Sequence record: NC_105507.1
Reading direction: 5' to 3' (one strand)
DNA from: a phage
Length of the DNA stretch: 49,995 bases
Shown: piece after piece, positions 24,842-33,857 of the stretch
Numbering within the stretch: the first letter of the stretch is position 1
Layout: each line of letters opens with the position of its first letter
Notes under the pieces: generated by a model
What the model saw: the letters and a program-made list of their open reading frames with translations, nothing else
The model's database searches: none
What the model was told of the DNA's origin: nothing
Position numbers and translations under genes: made by a program

Positions 24842-26134
24842 ATGAGCGAAAAAACAAGGCTAGTTAAGGCCGATGGATACAACGAGATTTTCAAGGGTAG
24901 TAAGGGCAATGGGCGTGTAGAGTTGCCTTTCTTTATGCAGGGGTTCGAACACACCACGCACGCTGATTTTTACATTCGTGACGGCCTAGCAAAACGAATC
25001 ATCGACGTTGTTCCAGAAGAAATGGTGACGCCTGGATTTAATATTGATGGCGTGGAAGATGAGGAAAGTTTTAGATCTTTGTGGGATGAGAAGCGACTAA
25101 ACGATAAAATCATTGATGCGCTTTGCTGGTCGCGTCTTTTTGGTGGCGCTGCAATCGTGGCAATCGTCCAGGATGGCAGGTCGTTAAAGTCACCTGTAGC
25201 TCCTGGTGCAATCCTTGAAGATGTTCGCGTTTACGATCGCTTTCAGGTTAGGGTAGAAAAGCGCGAAACTAATCCACGCAAGGTAAGATATGGTGAGCCA
25301 TTAATTTACACCATTTCACCTGGTGTCGACTTGCCAGAATACCAGGTTCACTATTCGCGAGTCTGTATTATCGACGGTGAGCGGCTACCAAATCAGCGGC
25401 GTCAATCAAATGATGGGTGGGGTGAGTCGATCCTGAATAAGAGACTTGTTGAGGCTATTTGTGATTATAACTACTGCGAAAACTTAGCAACTCAATTGTT
25501 GCGACGTAAGCAACAGGCGGTATGGAAAGTTAAAGGTCTTGCTGATCTTTGTGATGATGATGATGGTGTTAGTGCCGCACGTTTGCGACTTGCTCAAGTT
25601 GATGATGAGGGTGGCGTAGGCCGTGCGATCGGCATTGATGCGGAAGATGAGGAATATGATGTTTTAAATTCTGATATTTCTGCCGTCGATTCATTCCTGG
25701 AAAAGAAGATGGATCGCATTGTATCTCTTTCCGGCATCCATGAAATCATCCTCAAAAACAAGAACGTTGGCGGTGTTAGCGCGAGCCAAAACACGGCGCT
25801 TGAAACCTTCTACAAGCTGATCGACCGAAAGCGAAAGGAAGAATACAAACCAATCCTTGAATTTCTGATCTCGTTCCTTATTCAAGAGGAAGAATGGAGC
25901 ATTCAGTTTGCGCCGTTAAGCGTTCCAAGCGAAAAGGACCAGGCCGAAATCTTGAACAAGAACATTGATTCTTTGAGTAAGGCTATTGACGGTCAATTCA
26001 TGGATGCAGAAGAGGCGCGCGACACATTGCGAGCCATTGCGCCTAACGTTAAACTAAAAGACGGCAATGACATTAAATTACCTGAGCAAGACGTAGAGCC
26101 GGAGCCAGGAACAACAGAGGGTAGCAATCAATGA
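24842..26134 (+). CDS. portal protein
   Basis: about 430 aa directly after terminase; acidic C-terminus. Confidence 0.8.
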   Translation: MSEKTRLVKADGYNEIFKGSKGNGRVELPFFMQGFEHTTHADFYIRDGLAKRIIDVVPEEMVTPGFNIDGVEDEESFRSLWDEKRLNDKIIDALCWSRLFGGAAIVAIVQDGRSLKSPVAPGAILEDVRVYDRFQVRVEKRETNPRKVRYGEPLIYTISPGVDLPEYQVHYSRVCIIDGERLPNQRRQSNDGWGESILNKRLVEAICDYNYCENLATQLLRRKQQAVWKVKGLADLCDDDDGVSAARLRLAQVDDEGGVGRAIGIDAEDEEYDVLNSDISAVDSFLEKKMDRIVSLSGIHEIILKNKNVGGVSASQNTALETFYKLIDRKRKEEYKPILEFLISFLIQEEEWSIQFAPLSVPSEKDQAEILNKNIDSLSKAIDGQFMDAEEARDTLRAIAPNVKLKDGNDIKLPEQDVEPEPGTTEGSNQ

Positions 26135-26886
26135 TAGTGAAAGGCGTCGTTAAACAATGGCGCTTTCCTGAAGCAAGCGAGCGGCAATTGCGCCGCTCAA
26201 TTCAGGAGGCGATAAGGGATCTTGTTGTGCTGATGCGCAGCAAAACAAAGGAAATGAAATTTGACGCGGACACCGAAGAAATCAACGCCGCAGAGGATGA
26301 GATTAGTAGCTTCGCGTTAAAGCTAATAGCTGGCATCGCCGCATCACTTCCGGCTATCGGTCTTGCTGTTTATAAATTCAACGCGAAGCAATTTATTAAC
26401 GTAGCCAAATCAACGGGAGGCAAGTCAAATTCAGCCGTTATCATCCTTATGGCTATTGGGGCCAATGCGAATGAGAGTTGGTATAGGACGCTATACGGTC
26501 AATGGCATGACATGACGATCGCATCTCTTCAAAAGCTATTTGGAAACATCGTGTCTGACTGGTCAACCAATATTAGATTGGCAAACTTTCGCGGAATGAG
26601 AGATAGCCAGGTTAATGAATTGGCTGGTAAGAGGTTCGCAGTGTATAGCTCTTGGGGTAAGACAAGGGCGGAAAACATCATAGGCGCTTGGAATAGTAGA
26701 CTCATGCGCCAGCGTCTTTATGATTCAAAAGTAACTCATTATTTTTGGCATGGTATGCTTGATGACAGAGAGCGATTGCAGCATGTACAATGGGAAGGTA
26801 AGCGCATTGCGCTAGATTCTGAACATGATTTTCCTGGTGAGCCTTTCGGTTGTCGTTGTTGGGCCATACCAGATTGGAACAGTTAA
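26131..26886 (+). CDS. head morphogenesis protein (Mu F / SPP1 gp7-like)
   Basis: position after portal, conserved C-terminal CRC segment. Confidence 0.65.
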   Translation: MIVKGVVKQWRFPEASERQLRRSIQEAIRDLVVLMRSKTKEMKFDADTEEINAAEDEISSFALKLIAGIAASLPAIGLAVYKFNAKQFINVAKSTGGKSNSAVIILMAIGANANESWYRTLYGQWHDMTIASLQKLFGNIVSDWSTNIRLANFRGMRDSQVNELAGKRFAVYSSWGKTRAENIIGAWNSRLMRQRLYDSKVTHYFWHGMLDDRERLQHVQWEGKRIALDSEHDFPGEPFGCRCWAIPDWNS

Positions 26887-26896
26887 GAGGTATTAA

Positions 26897-28012
26897 ATGA
26901 AGGCAAAACAAAGATTTGATAGCGCCAAAGTAAAGGCGCACTTTGATGATAACGGGTTTTTAGTTGATCGCCCTATCGTGGCGCGAATTGGTTTACAAGT
27001 CTATCAGACTCCTTTCGGTGAGCGCCGAGAATTTCGCCCTGCGTCAGAAGTATTCAAGGCCGACTCGCTCGCCACCTTTGCAGGGAAGCCGGTCACGGTT
27101 GGTCACGTCACGGTAACGCCAGAAAACGCCGAAAAGGTTGTAGTTGGTTCTTGTGCTGGCGCTGGTGTGCCGAACGGGATCGGCGTAGAGGTTCCGTTAA
27201 GCATTTACTCAAAACGAGCAATCGAAAGCGCAAAGAAGCGAGACACGGCGGAAATTTCAGTTGGTTATACATCGGTTGATATTGATAAACCAGGCTGGGG
27301 CAATAATAAAACTGGTGAGTACGTTTTCGATGAGGACGTTAGCGAAGACTGGAAACCTGATTCTCCTGATTGGGTTAAGTTTGATGCAATCCAGACTGAA
27401 ATCAAGGTAAACCACATCGCGTTAGTTTTCCGAGGTCGAGCTGGCATTGCAAAATTAAACCTTGATAGCCAGCAAGATTTTCCGTATAGTGACGACGTTA
27501 TTAACAACAAAGAGGATCAAATCATGACTGTAAAAATTAAACTGGATGGCGCTGTAGAGTTTGACGTGCCGAAAGCGGTTGCGGATCACATTGAATCACT
27601 GAAAGCTGATACCAAAGCGCAGAAAGAAAAGGCTGACAGCCTAGAAGCTGAGCGAGACGCACTGCAAACCAAAGTAGATGGCATTCAGGATCAGATTGAT
27701 GCCGCAGTCAAGAAGGCCAAAGAAGATGCCGAGCAATATGCTCAATTAGTGGCAGACGCTAAAGAGTTAGGCATCAAGTGCGACGGCCTGGATGCGAAAG
27801 CAATCAAGGTTGCATACATCAAGGAAGTTATGGGCAATGACGTTTCTGATAAAACTGATGCCTATATCGAAACAGCTTTCGACATCGCCAAAAACTCTGA
27901 TAAAATGGCGGCGCAGCGTAAGAGCATTAAAGGTGACTCTTTCGCGAATGAAAAGCAGGATGACGCAGGTTCTAAGCTGAATCCTAACGCTCGTTTTGAG
28001 AAACTGAAATAA
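26897..28012 (+). CDS. putative prohead protease/scaffold protein
   Basis: position before capsid genes; C-terminal coiled-coil Ala/Lys/Asp-rich segment. Confidence 0.5.
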   Translation: MKAKQRFDSAKVKAHFDDNGFLVDRPIVARIGLQVYQTPFGERREFRPASEVFKADSLATFAGKPVTVGHVTVTPENAEKVVVGSCAGAGVPNGIGVEVPLSIYSKRAIESAKKRDTAEISVGYTSVDIDKPGWGNNKTGEYVFDEDVSEDWKPDSPDWVKFDAIQTEIKVNHIALVFRGRAGIAKLNLDSQQDFPYSDDVINNKEDQIMTVKIKLDGAVEFDVPKAVADHIESLKADTKAQKEKADSLEAERDALQTKVDGIQDQIDAAVKKAKEDAEQYAQLVADAKELGIKCDGLDAKAIKVAYIKEVMGNDVSDKTDAYIETAFDIAKNSDKMAAQRKSIKGDSFANEKQDDAGSKLNPNARFEKLK

Positions 28013-28024
28013 GGAGTAATTAAA

Positions 28025-28534
28025 ATGGCTAAAATTGGAGCAAGTTATTTTGACACTATGGCGCGTGCGCTTCCTGGTCAGGTATCCGATACTTCGGCAT
28101 ATAACATCGACGGCGCTTGTGTTCTTGACAAGGAAGACGGCATCCCAATCCTGGTTGGCGTGGCTGTTAAGCTAAAAGGCGTTGACTCAATGGGTAATAA
28201 GCTGATCGACTCCATTTCCGCTGGCGGTGACGTTCCTTATGGCGTTGGCATCCGTTCGCACTTTCAAACTACGGCTGATAATGGACGAATGGTTTATGAG
28301 GCTGGCGGCGGGATCAACGTTATGACAGAGGGCCGCGTTTGGATGGTTGGCGATGATACCGACAAGAGCAAAAAACCATCGTATCGTGAGCCTGTAAAAA
28401 TTGATGAAAACACTGGCAAGGTGAAAAGTGCTGGCACTATCAATACCAACTGGATTTACACGGGAGATAAAACCACATTTGGAACTGGCGATGATGTGTT
28501 GACTTTGTTTGAAGTTCAGGTCTTCCCAAGCTAA
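28025..28534 (+). CDS. structural protein (putative capsid decoration), paralog 1
   Basis: shares YNIDG, GVxIRS, TxGRVW motifs with 28585..29367. Confidence 0.45.
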   Translation: MAKIGASYFDTMARALPGQVSDTSAYNIDGACVLDKEDGIPILVGVAVKLKGVDSMGNKLIDSISAGGDVPYGVGIRSHFQTTADNGRMVYEAGGGINVMTEGRVWMVGDDTDKSKKPSYREPVKIDENTGKVKSAGTINTNWIYTGDKTTFGTGDDVLTLFEVQVFPS

Positions 28535-28538
28535 AATT

Positions 28539-28567
28539 AAGGCGCTCGCTTGAGCGCCTTTTTTATT
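28539..28567 (+). terminator. rho-independent terminator
   Basis: GGCGCTC/GAGCGCC stem plus T-run. Confidence 0.6.
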
Positions 28568-28584
28568 ATGTAAGGAGAAATGAA

Positions 28585-29367
28585 ATGGCTAAAGATTATT
28601 CATCTGTTATGGGTCTTTCTTGCCCTGGTTGTTTGGTTGATTCTACTCGCTACAATATTGATGGAACTGGCGTTTGCGGATCTGAGTCGATCATTGCTGG
28701 CAAAGTTGTTTTCTTCAAAGAGAGAGTGGAAGGTTATAACATATTTGTTGATCATAAAGAGTATGATGCTGTGGTTGCTGGTGTTGCTATAAGGAGCAAT
28801 ATCACGACAACGGTTAACGAGGAAGACGGATACTCTGACTATAAGGAAGGAGATTCTATCAATATTTTAACAAGAGGGGTTGTATGGTGCTTAACTCAAA
28901 CGATTGAGTCTGCGCCTGAACATGGCGATCTTGTTTATGTTAACAATGATGGTTTTGTAGCAAAAGGTGATGGCGATGAAATCGTCGATGGCTGGATTTT
29001 TACTGGTGACTTCTACAAGTTTGATGAAACAATGAACATAGTCGGAGTCAGAATAACGCCGCTTCATCATAGAAAATACCTTCTTACTGGTGCGATCATT
29101 GAGGCCGAAAATGGCTACATAGAGGGAACAGAGACGATTAATAACGTTCAATTAAAGGTAACGGTTGTTCCTACTTGGGCTGATGACAAAACGGGTCAGT
29201 GGACAATTACAAACGAGCAAGATCCAAAGGTTGCCAGCGTTAGCCGTACAGGTCTTGTTGTTCCTACTGGTGTAGGAGGCAGAGTTAACGTCAACTGGAC
29301 TGCTAATGATGGTTCTGGAGTTGCTGACCAGTTTGATATTGTATTTAAGAAAACCGCTGGCGAATAA
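28585..29367 (+). CDS. structural protein with C-terminal Ig-like domain, paralog 2
   Basis: N-terminal domain paralogous to 28025 gene; C-terminal Ig-like pattern. Confidence 0.5.
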   Translation: MAKDYSSVMGLSCPGCLVDSTRYNIDGTGVCGSESIIAGKVVFFKERVEGYNIFVDHKEYDAVVAGVAIRSNITTTVNEEDGYSDYKEGDSINILTRGVVWCLTQTIESAPEHGDLVYVNNDGFVAKGDGDEIVDGWIFTGDFYKFDETMNIVGVRITPLHHRKYLLTGAIIEAENGYIEGTETINNVQLKVTVVPTWADDKTGQWTITNEQDPKVASVSRTGLVVPTGVGGRVNVNWTANDGSGVADQFDIVFKKTAGE

Positions 29368-29392
29368 CTGATAGCATAAAAAAACATTGCAC

Positions 29393-29410
29393 GTTTAACA
29401 AAAAGTGCTA
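29393..29410 (-). repeat. degenerate TAGCAC box copy (antisense in structural module)
   Basis: revcomp TAGCACTTTTTGTTAAAC; no good -10 at canonical spacing. Confidence 0.4.
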
Positions 29411-29417
29411 TCATCTA

Positions 29418-29444
29418 GGCCGTTACATTTAACGGCCTTTTTTA
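29418..29444 (+). terminator. rho-independent terminator
   Basis: GGCCGTT/AACGGCC stem plus T6. Confidence 0.6.
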
Positions 29445-29457
29445 TGGAGGAAGCAAA

Positions 29458-30429
29458 ATGGCTAAAAAATACGATGAATTAGATGCTACCATTGTAGCAA
29501 ATCATTTACAGGTTCAGGGCGTTAAGGGTGATGCTTCTGATATGGGTATTTGGACCGCTAAAGAGCTACACAAGATCCGCTCAACCGCATACGAGAAAGA
29601 ATATCCGGCAGGTTCCGCACTTCGCGTATTCCCTGTAACAAACGAGCTTTCTGATACTGATAAGACTTTTGAGTATCAGACTTTTGATAAGGTTGGCTAC
29701 GCGAAAATTATCGCCGACTACACCGACGATCTGCCGACTGTGGACGCGCTGATGACTTCTGAGTTTGGCAAAGTGTTCCGCCTGGGTAACGCTTATCTGA
29801 TCTCCATTGATGAGATTAAAGCAGGTCAGCGAACTGGCAAGAGCCTGTCAACTCGCAAGGCTAACACTGCGCAAAATGCGCATGATCAGTTGATTAACTT
29901 CCTGGTGTTCAAAGGTTCCAAGCCTCATAAGATCGTTTCCGTTTTCGATCACCCTAACCTTACGAAAATTGTTTCTAAAGGATGGATGAGCCAGGATGGA
30001 AACACCAAGTTCCCTGATGTGGCAAGCGATGAACTGGAGGCTGCAATCGAGACTATCGAGGAAGTAACCAAAGGTCAGCACCGCGCGACTAACATCCTGA
30101 TCCCGCCGTCCATGCGTAAAGTCTTGACGGTTCGAATGGAAAATACCACTGAAAGTTATCTTGAATACTTCCAGAAGCAAAACGGCGGCATCACTATCGA
30201 CTCTATCGCAGAGCTTGAGGATATTGACGGCAAAGGTACGAAAGGTTGCTTGGTTTACGAAAAAGATCCAATGAACATGAGCATTGAGATTCCAGAAGCG
30301 TTTAACATGCTTCCGGCGCAGCCAAAAGACCTTCATTTCAAGGTTCCTTGCACTTCCAAGTGTACTGGCCTTACTATTTACCGTCCGTTTACGATGGTGC
30401 TTATTACTGGCTTGAAAAAGTCAGATTAA
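29458..30429 (+). CDS. major capsid protein
   Basis: 323 aa, strong GGAGG RBS, followed by strong terminator, synteny. Confidence 0.75.
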   Translation: MAKKYDELDATIVANHLQVQGVKGDASDMGIWTAKELHKIRSTAYEKEYPAGSALRVFPVTNELSDTDKTFEYQTFDKVGYAKIIADYTDDLPTVDALMTSEFGKVFRLGNAYLISIDEIKAGQRTGKSLSTRKANTAQNAHDQLINFLVFKGSKPHKIVSVFDHPNLTKIVSKGWMSQDGNTKFPDVASDELEAAIETIEEVTKGQHRATNILIPPSMRKVLTVRMENTTESYLEYFQKQNGGITIDSIAELEDIDGKGTKGCLVYEKDPMNMSIEIPEAFNMLPAQPKDLHFKVPCTSKCTGLTIYRPFTMVLITGLKKSD

Positions 30430-30440
30430 TTAGATAACAT

Positions 30441-30469
30441 GGGGAGCCTTAAGGGTTCCCCTTTTTTTT
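30441..30469 (+). terminator. rho-independent terminator
   Basis: 8-bp GC stem plus T8 after capsid gene. Confidence 0.75.
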
Positions 30470-30487
30470 ATTTACGGAGTACACAAA

Positions 30488-30754
30488 ATGAGCAAAACTT
30501 TAAAACTTAAAGTAACTGGCGTTTGCATGATTATTATGGACGGTAAGCGTTATCACCCTGGTGATGAGATTGAAATTGAATCTGATCGCATTAATGATTC
30601 CGCAATTGAATACCTGATCGCTCGCGGCGATGTGGAAGTTAAAGACAATTCCGAAATTAACGAGCAAATCAAGGAGAAAGCGGAGAAGAAGCGCAAAAAA
30701 GATCCTACCGAGGGCAAGAGCCGCAAAGAGCTAGAGGATGGCGGCGAATATTAA
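30488..30754 (+). CDS. hypothetical head-associated protein
   Basis: ORF with Lys/Glu-rich C-terminus. Confidence 0.45.
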   Translation: MSKTLKLKVTGVCMIIMDGKRYHPGDEIEIESDRINDSAIEYLIARGDVEVKDNSEINEQIKEKAEKKRKKDPTEGKSRKELEDGGEY

Positions 30755-30800
30755 TAATTGGGGCGCTTATGCGCCCCTTGTCATATCTGGAGAAAACAAA

Positions 30801-31220
30801 ATGGTAGATGAATTTTACACAGACGCTGAAATCGTTCAGCAAATCGTAAAGTTGGCCCCACCAATGCAGCAGGTTGATCCCGATTTAATTGTGGCATGGA
30901 TTGAGCTTGCTAAAGAATTTGTTTGCAAAAAACGGTTTAAAAACTCATACCCGAAAGCGGTTGCGCTTTACACTCTTCACCTTATGACCTTAGACGGGGC
31001 AATGAAACAGGAAGGTGAAAGCGTAGAAAGCTATTCCCGCCGCGTTGCATCGTTCACTCTGACTGGTGAGTTTAGTCAGACGTTTGATCGAATTTCTTCC
31101 GATACAAGCGGAAAGCAGATCCGACAAACGCCGTGGGGCAAAATGTACGAAGTGTTAAACCGTAAGCACGGTGGCGGCTTTGGACTTGTAACTGGATTGC
31201 GCCGGAGATGTTGCCGATGA
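30801..31220 (+). CDS. head-tail connector/adaptor protein
   Basis: synteny; start at ATG 30801 after GGAGAAAACAAA RBS cassette. Confidence 0.5.
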   Translation: MVDEFYTDAEIVQQIVKLAPPMQQVDPDLIVAWIELAKEFVCKKRFKNSYPKAVALYTLHLMTLDGAMKQEGESVESYSRRVASFTLTGEFSQTFDRISSDTSGKQIRQTPWGKMYEVLNRKHGGGFGLVTGLRRRCCR

Positions 31221-31591
31221 ATTACAATGAGATTGCAAGAATGGCTACTGCTGGGATTAACTTTTTCAGCGACGCTAACGGTATGTTTAAGTGCATCACG
31301 CAGCAGGGAGGGGTTGAGATTATCGGCGGAGAGGAAGTTGCCAAGCCTGAGATTTCAGTGATGATAAAGGGGCTTGTTAGATCTCCGAGAACTAGAGAGG
31401 TTGACGGTGAAACGATCCGAGTAACCGACAAGTTGGGGGTATTCACCAATGAAACTGAGATCAAAAATGGTTATCAGATTGAAATTGATGGCGATCGTTA
31501 TGTTGTCGTTGAAGCAAGACCAGTCAGACAGACTAACATCACGGCAGCTTATCGTCCGATATTAAGGAGGATTGCAGTGCATGGCGGATAA
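31208..31591 (+). CDS. head-tail joining protein
   Basis: synteny. Confidence 0.5.
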   Translation: MLPMNYNEIARMATAGINFFSDANGMFKCITQQGGVEIIGGEEVAKPEISVMIKGLVRSPRTREVDGETIRVTDKLGVFTNETEIKNGYQIEIDGDRYVVVEARPVRQTNITAAYRPILRRIAVHGG

Positions 31592-32024
31592 TTATAAGAT
31601 CAGGGAATTTCACGGTGATATAAGCAGGTGGATTGATTCAGTAAGCAGCGGCCTTGTTGATTGCGTTGAAATGTTCGCGACAAACGTCCACGAGGATCTT
31701 GTAAAGCGTTCGCCAGTTGATACGGGCCGATATAAAGCTAACTGGCAGGTAACAGCAAACAAGCCGCCGCTATATGCTCTCAATCAATACGATCGCGATG
31801 GTAGTAAAACCATTGCAGAAGGCAAGCGAGCAATATATGCAATCATGCGGGGCGGTGGAGCGGTGCGGTCAATCTATTTTTCAAACATGCTTATTTACGC
31901 CAATGCGCTTGAATACGGGCATTCAAAACAAGCGCCGTCCGGCGTGCTGGGAATCGTGGCGGTAAAGCTGCGATCCTATATGACTAAGGCAATAAAGGAT
32001 TCGAGGGCAAAAAATGCACTATGA
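31572..32024 (+). CDS. tail completion protein
   Basis: synteny. Confidence 0.5.
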   Translation: MQCMADNYKIREFHGDISRWIDSVSSGLVDCVEMFATNVHEDLVKRSPVDTGRYKANWQVTANKPPLYALNQYDRDGSKTIAEGKRAIYAIMRGGGAVRSIYFSNMLIYANALEYGHSKQAPSGVLGIVAVKLRSYMTKAIKDSRAKNAL

Positions 32025-32415
32025 TTTAATGTTAGCGGCAAGAAAGGCGCTGGCGGAGGAATATGAATCACGATTCAAGATCGCCTATGAAAACGTTGAT
32101 TTTGTTCCGCCTGGTGATGGTTCGATGTGGTTAAAATTTGACTACATGGAAGCCGACACAGATCGCATATCTCTTGATAGAAAATGCGTTTCTTATATCG
32201 GATTGGTTCAGGTTGGAATTGTTATGCCTCCTGGCGGCGGCACTGATAAAGCGCGTTTGCTGGCTAAAGAGATTGCGAGATTTTTCTATGATGGTAGAAT
32301 GTTTGAAACTGGCTATATTAGCGAGGGGGCAAACGTCCACGCATTACTAAAAAGTGAAACAGGTTGGTTCTTACCGATCCGTTTCAGTGTTAGGCTTGAC
32401 ACAAAGGAGGAATAA
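32014..32415 (+). CDS. tail terminator protein
   Basis: synteny (lambda U position). Confidence 0.5.
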   Translation: MHYDLMLAARKALAEEYESRFKIAYENVDFVPPGDGSMWLKFDYMEADTDRISLDRKCVSYIGLVQVGIVMPPGGGTDKARLLAKEIARFFYDGRMFETGYISEGANVHALLKSETGWFLPIRFSVRLDTKEE

Positions 32416-32417
32416 TC

Positions 32418-33083
32418 ATGCACTTGCCTAATGGTTCTCAAATTTTCATCGGCGTTAATATGGGTGATCCGATTCAGGCTACGGCTATTTCAAATGCTGA
32501 TGATCCTGTTTTTACGACTGCAAAAAACACTCAAAGCATCAAAAAAGGCGCTTATGTTCTTATTGAAACATCTTCCTGGGGCAAACTTGTTAGTCGCGTG
32601 CTTCGAGTTAAGGAGGTATCAGATGATGCAAGCGTTACTCTTGAGGGTGTAAGCACGAAAGACACCAATGTTTTTCCGGCTGGTTCTAATACCGCAACTT
32701 TCCGAGAAGTGAAATCTTGGGTAGAGGTTCCTTGCGTACAGGATCTTGCGCAGGACGGCGGCGAGCAACAGTATTACACTTATCAGTGTTTGGCTGATGA
32801 CCAAGAGCAGCAGTTACCGACCTACAAGAGCGCGGTTTTTCTTACCTACACTTTCGCTCATGAATATGATAACCCGATTTATCCGATCTTGCGCGAGGCT
32901 GATGAATCCGGCGACGTAACCGCTTTGCGTATGTACGTGCCGAAAGCTAAAGAGATGCGTTGCTGGGCTGGCGTATTGTCTTTTAATGACATTCCGCAAA
33001 CAACTATGAACGAAATGGAAACTGTTTCCCTTTCTGTATCTCTGAAAGGCCGATTCACGTTCTTACCTTCCGACGTTAAGTAA
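32418..33083 (+). CDS. major tail protein
   Basis: lambda V position, followed by terminator, GGAGG RBS. Confidence 0.65.
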   Translation: MHLPNGSQIFIGVNMGDPIQATAISNADDPVFTTAKNTQSIKKGAYVLIETSSWGKLVSRVLRVKEVSDDASVTLEGVSTKDTNVFPAGSNTATFREVKSWVEVPCVQDLAQDGGEQQYYTYQCLADDQEQQLPTYKSAVFLTYTFAHEYDNPIYPILREADESGDVTALRMYVPKAKEMRCWAGVLSFNDIPQTTMNEMETVSLSVSLKGRFTFLPSDVK

Positions 33084-33088
33084 AACAA

Positions 33089-33110
33089 GGGGGCGTTGCG
33101 CCCCTTTTTT
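33089..33110 (+). terminator. rho-independent terminator
   Basis: GGGGCG/CGCCCC stem plus T6. Confidence 0.7.
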
Positions 33111-33125
33111 CATTCCTGTAAAATC

Positions 33126-33168
33126 AATCTATCAAATAAATTAATTCCACTTTTAACAAAAAGTGCTA
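33126..33168 (-). promoter_or_regulatory. TAGCAC-box promoter-like cassette, antisense to tail genes
   Basis: revcomp box, TAGATT at 22-bp spacing, pointing leftward into terminator hairpin. Confidence 0.4.
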
Positions 33169-33183
33169 TAAGGAGATCTTAAG

Positions 33184-33501
33184 ATGGCAAAGATGAAACT
33201 AACGTTAGGCCCACTGCCTGATTTTAAGCTGCCTGTTTCTTTCGTGCTTCCAAATGGTGATGAGCAAGTTATTGTTTTTACCGTGCGCCACAAGAAGGCA
33301 AGCGAAATTCACGAACGATACACGGCAGAAAAGCCGATGAGCGACGTAGAAATGATCACCTTCCTTGCTTCCGGTTGGGATCTGGAAGATGAATTTAACG
33401 AGGAAAACGTTGCTAAATTGCTGGATTATTACCCGTCTGCGTCATTATCGCTGACTGGTCATTATATGAAAGCACTTGCGGGGCAGCGGGTAAAAAACTA
33501 A
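33184..33501 (+). CDS. tail assembly chaperone (lambda G-like)
   Basis: position upstream of tape measure; AAGGAG RBS; slippery site near 3' end. Confidence 0.8.
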   Translation: MAKMKLTLGPLPDFKLPVSFVLPNGDEQVIVFTVRHKKASEIHERYTAEKPMSDVEMITFLASGWDLEDEFNEENVAKLLDYYPSASLSLTGHYMKALAGQRVKN

Positions 33502-33818
33502 AGCGGGCGGTTTACCTGTTTTACCTCAAGCCGCCAACTGACGCACAATTAGAGGCCGTCGGCCTATCCCGTTCAGACTACGAAGGGGAGGATCCGCCGG
33601 AGGTAATTTTTGATGAATCAATGTTTCAATCTTGGGATCTGTTTTGCGCTATGCAGACGCAATGGAGATCGACTAGCGGCAGTGTGTATGGGTTCGACTA
33701 TAACGTTTTGCCTATGCTTTTTGACATTTACAAGATTGAGGATCGGGAGATGGCGCTAAATGATTTGCGCATCATGGAACAAAAGGCGCTAGAAATGATT
33801 CATTCAAACAAAACATAA
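33184..33818 (+). CDS. tail assembly chaperone frameshift product (G-T-like, -1 frameshift)
   Basis: A_AAA_AAC heptamer at 33492-33498 one codon before stop; -1 frame stays open to 33818. Confidence 0.7.
33492..33498 (+). other. -1 programmed ribosomal frameshift slippery heptamer
   Basis: AAAAAAC in X_XXY_YYZ register relative to chaperone frame; GGCGG..CCGCC hairpin just downstream. Confidence 0.7.
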
Positions 33819-33857
33819 GCGCCGCGAGGCGCTTTTTTAATATCTGGAGGTTTTAAA

